Below, piece after piece: positions 16,601 to 28,600 of a stretch of 64,000 bases of DNA. The DNA lies in contig NC_092676.1 in assembly GCF_964355755.1 (NCBI RefSeq), forward strand, positions 20,540,871 through 20,604,870, read 5' to 3'. The stretch comes from Antedon mediterranea. Taxonomy: Eukaryota; Animalia; Echinodermata. The stretch's first letter is position 1, and the number at the start of each line of letters is the position of its first letter. The notes under the pieces are model-generated. The model had not been told where the DNA came from. It saw only the letters and a list, made by a program, of their open reading frames with translations, and made no database searches. A program made the translations under genes and the position numbers.

Positions 16601-19600
16601 TCTATCCTACAGTAGTTAGATAGTCTAGACTAGCTAGAAAGGCTATACTACAGTAGTTAGATAGGCTATACTAGCTAGATAGGCTACACTACAGTAGCTA
16701 GATAGTCTAGACTAGCTAGATAGTCTATCCTACGGTAGTTAGATAGTCTATACTACAGTAGCTAGATAGTCTAGACTAGTTAGATAGTCTATACTAGCTA
16801 GATAGGCTATACTACAGTAGTTAGATAGGCTATACTAGCTAGATAGTCTATCCTACAGTAGTTAGATAGTCTATACTACAGTAGCTAGATAGTCTAGACT
16901 AGTTAGATAGTCTAGACTAGCTAGATAGGCTATACTACAGTAGTTAGATAGGCTATACTAGCTAGATAGGCTACACTACAGTAGTTAATTCAATCAATTC
17001 AATTCATCGACATTTTTATTCCATAATCAAAATAAAAACATATACAAATACAATACAAATAATAAGATAATGGAATGGGATACAAAATAAGCACAAGTGC
17101 TTTAAGCATGTAACCCTAACAAAAAGATCAAACAATTAGTACAAACAAAAAGAACAAACCAAAATAACATAATGTGATTTACTTAACTTAAATATTTCTA
17201 TTGTTATAATATTGCTTTAATCTCTGTTTAAACAAACTTAAAGTGGGGGATTGTTTTATATAGTCTGTTAAATTGTTCCAAATATGTGTTCCTTGGTAGG
17301 AAATACATTGCTGTCCGACTTTGGTGCGTTTTAGTTGTGGACAGTAGTTTGACCTGTTTCTAGTTGAGTAATTATGGAATGAGGCAGATGTACTAAATAA
17401 GTTATTAAATGATTCAGGTAATAGATTATGTTTATATTGATACATAAATATAGCAGTGTGTTTCGTATAAAGGTCAAAAATATTTAATGTTTGGGTTGAA
17501 ATAAAAAGTGGATGAGAAGGATGCATAAAATGAACATGACAAATATTTCTAAGTGCTTTTTTCTGGAGAATATGTATACGGTTTAAGTTTGTAGCAGAAG
17601 TAGCACCCCATACTGTGATAGCATACGTTATTCTAGGTAATATAAGTGCATTGTATACCGTTAACAAGATTTTACTTGATAACATAGACTTCACTTTGTT
17701 TAAGACACCAATTATTCTAGAAATACTGTTTGCTACCTCATTTACATGATAATTAAACGATAAAGTTTCATCCAGAAATAAGCCTAGAAATTTAACTTCA
17801 GTAGCTTTTACTATACATTCATTTCCCATCCTCAATTCTAGTGAGGTAGTGTCAGCTGACTTATTTCTAGCCTTAAATATAACATATTTTGATTTGTTTA
17901 CATTGAGCGTTAATTTGTTAGCAATAAACCAGTCCGAAAGTATAGATAACTCCTGGTTCATTGTATCAAAAGCTTGAGTAATATCATTGTGACTATAAAA
18001 CACATTTGTGTCATCTGCATACATAATCATGTCTACATGGTTACATGCTAGACTAATATCATTAATGAATATAAGAAATAATAATGGACCCAATATGGAT
18101 CCCTGAGGAACTCCAGTGTTTACTGTCATTTTACTAGATGCAGTATTAACAATAAATGTGTATTGTAGTCTTTTTTTAAGATAGTTTGAGAACCAGTTTA
18201 GCGGAACTCCTCTTATACCATAAAATCTTAACTTATCTAATAATATATCATGATCGATTGTATCAAACGCTTTTGATAAATCAAGGAAAACTCCTAGTGT
18301 GAACTCTTTATTCTCAATAGCGTTTGTGATTTTTTCAATCGATTGTATTAAAGCATGACTAGTTGAATGGTGTTGTCTAAATCCATACTGTGTTTTACTC
18401 AGTACGTTATATTTTGAGAGGTAACAAATCGTTTGATCATACACAATCCTCTCAAATATTTTGGAAAAAAAGGGTAAAATGGAAATAGGCCGATAATTAT
18501 TTATATCGGAGATGTCACCATTCTTAAATACCGGGATAACTTTAGCAATTTTTATATCAGCCGGGACACAGCCCGATGATAATGACGTATTAATAATATG
18601 CAATAAAGGTTTTAAAATAAACGGGGAAGCAGATTTTATGAGTTGGGCACTTATACCATCATGGCCAGGAGAAGTATTCTTTGTGTTTTTAATATAGTGG
18701 TTAAGTTCATGTTCAGTAACAGGCTTAAAAAACATTGAAGAGGTAAAATTTCCCTTTAAGAAAGTTCTGTGGGTGATTTCTTCATTTTGAGATTCATGCC
18801 TAAATTTATTATTTAGTTTTTCTCCAATATTAATAAAAAAAGAGTTGAATGCATCAGCTTTCTCATCATTATCAGAGAAAGTCTCAGTACCCAATTTTAT
18901 TTTTGTAGGCAAATTGGTAGTCTTTTTCCTACCCATTATATCATTTAGGATTGTCCACGTTTTTTTAATATCTTGTTTATTTCGTTCAAACTGGACCATA
19001 TAATATTCTTTTTTCCGATTTCTAATAGTAGTGGTTAACTTGTTTCTAAAATGTATGTACGTACTTTTATTAGTAGTGGTGTTATTTTGTTTGTACTTTT
19101 TATATAATTTATGTTTTTGAGAGATAGCTCTGGCAATTTCAGCTGTGATCCAAGGAGATTTTAACTTGTTCGCCTTATTTCTAAATCGTTTTAAAGGGAA
19201 ACAATTATCAATTGTTTTATTTAAAGTGTTTGTAAAATTTTGATAAGCAACATTCGCATTATTTGAGAATAGCACATCATTCCACTGATTACTTTGTAAT
19301 TCTTGCAAAAAATACTCCGTTTGTTGAGGAGAGTATTGTCGTTTATATACAAATCGAGGATATTGCTTATTATGTTTTTCCAAAGTATCTACACAGAATA
19401 TTGGGAAGTGATCAGAAATATCAGTAATAAGTATTCCACTTTTAAGGGACGTAGTAAAACAATCGATGTTGCAATAAATGTTATCAATTATTGAAGCACA
19501 ATTATCGGATATTCTAGTAGGACTTTTTATGATTGGCTGAAATGACTGAGAAAATATTGTGTCTAAGTGTGATTGGATAGTGTTGTCGGTAGATTGTTGG

Positions 19601-22600
19601 AGTAAGTTTATGTTATAGTCTCCCACAAGGTAAGCTTTCTTTTTTTCTAGATTAATCATTTGCATTACACATGTTAATTCATCATCAAACTTTTGCAAGG
19701 AACGTGAGGGTGGTCTATAAACTATACCACAAATAACATTATTTCCTGATTCTAACTCAATCTCAATAAAAATAGTCTCTGCTTCAGTCATACAAGATGA
19801 CAGATCATTTCTGATTTAGTTAGATAGTCTATACTACAGTAGTTAGATAGTCTAGACTAGTTAGATAGTCTAGACTAGCTAGATAGTCTATCCTACAGTA
19901 GTTAGATAGTCTATACTAGCTAGATAGTCTATCCTACAGTAGTTAGATAGTCTAGACTAGCTAGATAGGCTATACTACAATAGTTAGATAGGCTATACTA
20001 GCTAGATAGGCTATACTAGCTAGATAGGCTACACTACAGTAGCTAGATAGTCTAGACTAGCTAGATAGTCTATCCTACAGTAGTTACAGTAGATAGTCTA
20101 GACTAGTTAGATAGTCTATACTAGCTAGATAGGCTATACTACAGTAGTTAGATAGTCTATACTACAGTAGATAGATAGTCTAGACTAGTTAGATAGTCTA
20201 GACTAGCTAGATAGTCTATCCTACAGTAGTTAGATAGTCTATACTAGCTAGATAGGCTATACTACAGTAGTTAGATAGTCTAGACTAGCTAGATAGGCTA
20301 TACTACAGTAGTTCGATAGTCTAGACTAGCTATATAGTCTATCCTACAGTAGTTAGATAGTCTATACTACAGTAGCTAGATAGTCTATCCTACAGTAGTT
20401 ATATAGTCTAGACTAGCTAGATAGGCTACACTACAGTAGCTAGATAGTCTATCCTACAGTAATTAGATAGTCTAGACTATTATTTTAGATAGAATAGACT
20501 AGCTGGATAGTCAATAATTACAGTAGTTAAATAGTCTAGACTAGCTATATAGTCTATACTACAGTAGTTAGATAGTCTAGACCAGCTAGATATTCCAGAC
20601 TATTATTCTAGATAGTCAAAACTAGTTAGATAGCCTACACTAGCTAGATAGATTAGATTAGCTAACTACTGTAGTTTAGACTAGATAGTCTAACTAGTTG
20701 GATAGTCTAAACTAGTTAAGATAGTCTAGACTATTAACATGGTGTCTCGAGGAATTTTATTTAAGCTTAAGATAGCTCATAAAGGTTATAATGTAATCAA
20801 TGTTTTTTTAATCCACATACCTTGAACGCACTTTCTTGATGACATCTAAAACATATCTGGTAGGCTGAAATAAATACATGAATTAAATTGCATTTAGTGT
20901 TTATGGTTGAATATTATCCACTACCATACGGAAAATAAGGAAATAAAGGTGAAGATTAAAAGCACACAGACTGTTTACTTACAGAAACTTTGCCAAGAGC
21001 TTCAAGGATTGGGTGCATCTTGGGTAATGGGAGCTGAAAATGTACAAATATGTATTTGCATTATCTTGTATTTTCAAATAAATGTTTTTGATAGCGCACT
21101 TTCAACCTAGGTGTCACGTTTGGATCTAATATTATCCAATATACTTACAGGTTTCTTAGCTGCTTTACTTTTTTCTCTATGTTCTATAACCTTTAACCTT
21201 TCTTCTTTAAATAGCTCTATTGCTTCCATAATTCTTTCCGCTGCCTTCACGGTTTCAACTGTTTGTTTACCAGCTAGAACAGCTTCTACTGCCGTTTCAC
21301 CAGCAACCTGTATAATCAATACAACATAGTATACAATGTCATCGTGTCCATATATGGGAACATCACATTTTTTTGTCACATAAAGTTTGATTATTAGTCA
21401 TTATTAGTTGGTTAGATAGACCCTAAGACTTGTTTCATCCATTTCTAAAGCATGGTTACTTATCCTTCAGAGATTGGGATGAAAATGAATGACAGGACTA
21501 CCTTTCCATGATTGTGGAAGGCTAATAGTTTAACACTGACTACTGTATAAGTTCTATTAACAGGACATACCACTGGTTCCGAGTCGCGTTCAGCTACTGC
21601 TGCTTCATTTAACTTCTCTCTTTCGTTTTCTCGCTCCTCTTCAAGCACTAGCGGTTCTTCCGTCCGTTGCCACAACCTCAATGATTTATCGTGAGAAGCA
21701 GTGACTATGTGGTTACCACTAGGGCTGACAGCTAGGCACCACACTTCTCCTTGGTGTCCCTGAAAAAAAGTTAGGTAGAACCACAAATATATTAGTAATT
21801 CAAAATCTGTCAATAAAAACCAAACATATGGTAGCCGAGTGGACACTTGACCATCATACAGTATCCCTTAATCAAACCAGTTCTTTTATCATAAGGAATA
21901 GATTTTTTGTTATCCAAGACTGAAGAAATCCAATTATGCTCAAATATTAGTTTGTTTGTTATTATTTATTTATACTGGGTGAGTTCTTCAGTCAAAGACT
22001 GGCCTCCCAGAGGGCCCAGTTAGTGGCTGTGATGTATTAGTACACCGGGGTAACCTCCTACTCGTCTTGAAAGATGTACTAGATTCTTTAAAAGTGCACA
22101 TGAGCTAGATGTAGACACTGAGCTAGATGTAGACACTGACCTACGTTTTATGTCCTCATCCGAGAAGACTTGTTCTACCACAAGAGCCGTGGAGTGAGTG
22201 AGCTTTGAACCCTTGTCGATTTTATGGCTACGTATTAGTTATTTTAAAAAACTAATTTAAGCAAAATCATTGTAACAAAGTTAATGTGTTTTTTGTTTTT
22301 TTGTTTGTTAAATCTGAAAAATCAAAAAAAAAAAAGAATCTATAAATGCATCTCACCTCCAAGGTTGTAATAACTTCAAAGTTATCAGCATCCCATTGCT
22401 TTAATTTACGATCTTTTCCACAAGTAAAAAACAGATGAGTTTTGGGTACAAACTGAATTCCCATGATGCTGTCATCGTGAGCGAAGATGGAACGGTGACA
22501 ATCTCCGTAATCCAATCCCCAGATTTTGATATTTTTATCTGCTGATCCTGTGACAATCAATGAACTATCCTGTATGTCAAATAAAATGAAATAAATTAAG

Positions 22601-25600
22601 ATACATTTCTTAATGGATGTATGCAACTGTTTGGACTGAATTGAAAATTGTATGTTTGACAATAACATTTAAAATTAAAACTTACGGAAGATATATCCAT
22701 GGTCAATACTGGTAACTTATGCCCATATAAGGAGAGGAAGAACTGGAAGGGAAAAAAATAACAAAATTAATTTAGAACTAAAATAAAGAGTTGAAACCCA
22801 CTTAATATCTTCAATTCCCATACCTAAAATCACACTGTAGTGTTTATGAGTTACTTTTATGTACTTAGGCTATTTGCATATTACATACAACTAGAACGGT
22901 GCTTAAATGCGAATGTAACTTAGACTTGACCTGGTAACTAATACTACTGTCTATTATTGATTTTGTTGGTGTACATCACACACACATGAGTCAATGTTTA
23001 AAACTAGTTTGACCTCAAGTTGCGTTGTGTACAAACAAACCTTATACAAAACTGTTTCATTATACATACGTACGATTATGTACATACATATATTTAAATC
23101 CCACTTTGAGTAGCCATTAACTAAAAGGTCAATATTTTAGTGACTTACTTTAAGGGTGTCTGCGAAGAAGATCTTAACAGTGCTATCTAGCAGCGAGACG
23201 GCTATGAACTTCTGATCTGGAGAATACTTAACACACAGGACATCCTCCGACATTTCCAAGGTCCTCTTGTGTTCCATTGAAAGCCTTTTGCTGATTGGAC
23301 GTAAAAATCATAGCATCCTGTTATTAATTATGTATTTGTATCAAAATGTTCAACATCAAAGATATTGTAGCGAATAATAATATCAATGTCAAAATCAAAC
23401 ATATTTCAATATCAAACATTTTTTCACAATATTATGTGAAAAAACCCATCGCTTTCGCATAGCATATGAAATTATGTAATTTATACCTAGTTCAAGCCTT
23501 GTTCAAGCTTTAAGTGCTATACAAAAGAAAATTAATATTATTATTATAAAAGTAGAGCAATTTCAATACAATTTATTTTATTGCATGCAAGTTTGGAGCA
23601 TTACAAACACACACACACATGTTCCAATATATTCTGGACTACCTGTTATCGAAACGAGCATTTCAATGACAACACCGATATACAAACCTTTGATCAGTTT
23701 CTGAATCCACCAATTCAAAATCCCAGAATTTGATTGTCTTGTCTGTTCCTCCAGATACAAATCCACGCTATAGTAAATATAATATTTAAATAGAGATAGC
23801 ACATACAGAAGGTCTTCAAAAAACACAAACAAATCAATATATATTGTAGTTAGTTTTACATACCGCATATAAGCAGGCCAGAAAGACCTGGTACATAAAT
23901 TGAAGTAAATAAATGAAAAATCTTGTTGGAAAACAACCATGGCACAGCATTTCTATCGACTTAGTATTTTTGGCTAATCTAAGTGTGGGTTGTCATATAC
24001 TGCTCATGGGGTGTTGAAACGGCAATTGCAAAAAAAAGTGTAAATATATTAAAATTGCATAAATCTGGACTTTTAATGAGTAGCATTACAACTGAAATAC
24101 TTACTTTGTTAGGCATCAACGCTAATGACCAGACTGTATTTTCATGTGCCTTTATCTGCTCCATTAATGAACCAGTAGCAATGTCAAACAACTGCAGCGT
24201 TCCTTGCTTAGTTCCCACAATGCAATGCCTGTCACCGGGTACGAATATCGAGCATAATGCGTACGTGCAGCTCATAGATCGAATACACTTTAACGTGTCT
24301 CTAAAAACAAAGCAAATAAATAAAATGGAATAATGTCAAAGGTGTAGATATGGCAGAGGTAAAACAAGCTACTGTTTTTCATGCGAAAAGACAACATTGT
24401 GATTGTAAATTGAAGATCCTTAAACCAAGACAATCTAACAACAGGATGCTAAGCTCCACAGATCAAAGTGTTTATCTGTGGCTGCGACATGATCAGTCAC
24501 CGCGAACAATATGTACATAGTACAGTAATGTTGGTATTTGTCGCAGCCAGACATAAGATCAAAGGACTGTTATGAGTTCCTATCTTGACAAGGCGAGCTC
24601 AGTTTCCTGTTGGTAGATTGCCATCCTTAAACTTACCGGTTCCACAATTTAACACTGTCGCCAGAAGCCGAGAGTATCGCAGTGTTGTCCGAGCTGAAAC
24701 AGACAGTTCTCACGTCACTACGATGACCATCCCACAGAAGACGTTTAATATTATGATTTTCTGAACTCGTATCCGTGATGTTCATCTGGTGGACTTCAAC
24801 CGAGTTATTGTGAAGTAATGTTACCAGAGACACCATGTCGTTCTTTTCAACTAGTACATCAAAGGCTCTAATCAATGTAATACAATTATTTATTAAATAG
24901 ATGCACAAATTTTAACCTGTAAACTATCTATTCAAACAAATTTATCTATTCAAGTGAAAACTGTTATACATCCTACAGTTGTTTTTGAAGCAATGTAAAA
25001 TAGAATAAATGCCATTAATTATCATCTAGCACATTATAATAAAATGAAACGTCTTAAACAGAAAAGTAAAATCCATTTAAAATATTTTATTATGATGGAA
25101 GTAGAAAATATTTTATTTAATATTCTAATTCATCACTAATGGCAACACTTCATGGCTGTTTTCTTCTATGTAAGGATGAATGGCTTTCAATATAAACTGA
25201 CTTGATCACTATACCTGACTTTAGATGATGTTACAATTTTAGAATGATGTTTAATTTCATCTTCTGCTCCCCGTACTAATTCAACTTCAGGTATATCCTC
25301 TTCATTATCTCCAGCTTCTTCTATTTCCCTGATTAAACAAAGAAATTAAACAATTAAGAAAACAAATATGTTAAAAGTACACACAAGCCTACTGACATGT
25401 TTGAGGCTAAAGATTTGTTGTGTAATACATTATAGGTGCAGATTCATTCATCAGTGGAAATTTGTTGTCATTTGCATATAAAATATACATAGAAATTATG
25501 TTTTCTCCGAGATATACAGCAACAGATAAATAAAAAACATAAAAATAAACAAAAACATCACATCACTCTCATACAGTATACATGATAGGCGAGGGATTGT

Positions 25601-28600
25601 GGCCCGCTTCTGTGCATTCATGTATATCATTAATGATTACATTCAAGAAGAGGGCAGTTTCCATCTTGTCGGTACAAGATCTTTTTGGCTCCTTTTCACA
25701 TATATATATATATATCAGTTATAAAACCGCTTATAAAAAAGAAGGGTGTTGAATGTATCCTCAGGAATTATAGGCCAGTAAGCAATCTGTCCTTCGTATC
25801 CAAGCTGGTTGAACGCGCATGCTTGAACCAATTCATAGCTTATGTTGAAAACAATACCTTATTACCGGCGTACCAATCTGCCTATCGGAAAGGTTTTAGC
25901 ACAGAGACGGCTTTGGTTAAGTTAACCAATGACGTACTCTGGAATATGGAGCTGCAAAGGGTGTCTGCGCTGGTATGTATAGACTTGTCAGCCGCCTTCG
26001 ACACAGTGAACCACGAAGTACTCCTCGACGTTTTGCAGAACAAATTCGGAGTGGCCAATGCGGCATTGAACTGGTTTGATACTTACCTTCGTCCTCGATT
26101 TGCCAACGCAACAATCGGCGAAACTAACTCGGAGACAGCCAATTTGTCCTTCTCTGTACCTCAGGGTAGTATATGCGGTCCAGTTCTATACACCATATAT
26201 GCCAGCACTTTACAAGATCATATCAGTAAGTTTGATATTTCTGTGATGGGATATGCCGATGATCACTCAGTGTATGATTCATTTAATCCAAATTCTAGTT
26301 CTAGTATGGAAAATACAATCACCAAATTACAAGAGTGCCTCATACCCATCAACGACTGGATGAAGTCCAACAGACTAAAAATGAACAGTGAAAAAACAGA
26401 GTTCATACTATTGGGAAGCAGAGCTCAACTCCTGAAATGCGAGAAAGATCATATCATCGTATGTCAGGACAGAATACCCCGTGGTTCATCTGTAAAATAC
26501 CTTGGTGTTAATATCGACGACCAGCTATCTTTCAAGAACCACATACGTGATAAATGCAGAACGATAGCTGTTAATTTATACTATATTCGTCAAATCCGCA
26601 AATTTCTCTCCAAGGACCTTTGCCAACAACTAGTTCAATCGCTCGTGCTGTCACATATTGATTACGCCAATGCATTGTATTATGGTCTACCTGCTAATAC
26701 CCTTGCTCCAATGAATAGGTTACTGCACCAAGCTGCGAAAATAATTGTCAGGAAAGGTCGGTATGACAGTGCAACTAACGCCATGCGATCCTTGCACTGG
26801 CTTCCGATGTCTCATAGATGTCAATTCAAAATAGCGTGTCTTGTATGGCGTTCGCTTAAAGGTTCCGCTCCAAGTTACCTGAGAGATATTCTTACTGTGC
26901 GGAATGTTTCTCGCAGTACTCGTTCAAGCACCAGCAATTATAACCTGACAATCCCACGAACTAAACGAAAGACATTTGCTGACCGTACGTTCGCCGTAGC
27001 AGGACCCAAAATTTGGAACAGATTACCAAGTCACATTAAGCACTTAGACGACTATAATCAGTTTAAAAAACATTTAAAAGCACTATATTTCAAAGAATGT
27101 TACGATACTAATTGATGTGAAGCGCCGCTGATTATAATTAAATGTTATATAAATGTGCGCTATACAAGTAATAATAATAATAATAATATATTGTACTACT
27201 TATTTACGTATGATGTGAATAAAGTTGGTATTAAGTATTAAATTTACACACTCACCTTTCCCGTCTCCGTCGAGCACGCTTTTGTCTTTTCTTGAATCGC
27301 TTTTTTGCCTCTTCTTCGGTACATATTAGAAACACCTCTATGTTTGATTCTGGTCCCTGTTAATATAACCACAAGCAATAGTGTCTGACACTCAAGTATA
27401 TAAATTAGTAGTGAAACAGTAATGAAGAAGTTAACAGCATCTAAAGAACTCACTTTATTAATATTACTATGTTATTTGGTATTTTAAAACTATGCCTAAA
27501 GCTTTGTCTACACTCAAATTAGTTTGATTGAAAAACAAGTTTGATAGTGTATATAGAGTTTTAGAAAAGGCTTGGGTCATTCAACTTAATTTTGGCCATT
27601 CATTCTATCCACACATAATTATCAACACAGTTTCTTTGTCTATTAATTAAAAAATATAATGTCAATAAAACTTACATGACAACATAGCAATCGTCCGGTT
27701 CTATCTGTTCCCATGGAAACCAGTCTTTCTCTGCTTAATCTCATAATTGATCCTGCTTTAACACAGGTCAACAAACTCTACGATAACAAAATTATATAAA
27801 ATTACAACATCTTTCTTTCTAAATCAAATCATTACAAACAAGAAGTAATCAACCTTCGCCAAGAGTAAAAAGAGGAAGGACCAAGTATCGTGTTAAAGGC
27901 CAGGTGCGGGCAAAAATTTCTATTTATCATACATTCCAATAATTATAGATCTATAGTTTCCCCTATGTTTCATAATTTTTGGAATTTTATTTGTGTTACA
28001 CGAGCTTGTTGAAAATAAGCACTTTGTACACAAATTTTGTAAATAGAGAGGCATTTTAAAAAGCTATGAAAAATAAACAGTGTGGTAAAAAATGTTATCA
28101 GATGACTAAATATAGGTAATATAACTTGAATATTACATTTCTGGTATTTTTATTCAACTTCAGATTTTTATTTTCATGCTATAGCAAAAATTATCCACCG
28201 TATATCCACCATCTTTTTTCACCTTCTAGGGAGTCACCAGACATGTTATTACATTAGGTTAAGTGCCTAACTACTGAAAAAAAGTCTTCCTGGTTTTTAT
28301 GGAAGGATTTTGCCAAATTTTGTATTTGACCATATTAATGTAAATTCATGTTTTTTCGTCTTGATTTCTGTTACAAATATTTGATTTATGTACAATTAAC
28401 CAAATATTATATTTAAAATTCATGACTGTACCTGAGCTTTAAAGATCTGTTTTGACTTACGGCCTAAGATTAGTAAAATAATAAAAAGTGGTCCAGAATT
28501 GGAATCCTGGTCTGCGTTTGCAAATATTACTGAAGTCGTCTTTGACAATATATCTATCTGTGGTTTAAATTTGGTAAATATCTGTTTTTAGTTTACTTAG

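Noticed and set aside
11830-20735. CRISPR-like array or coding repeat
   Set aside because: There are no unique spacers and no cas genes, the context is a eukaryotic intron, and TAG stops are pervasive.
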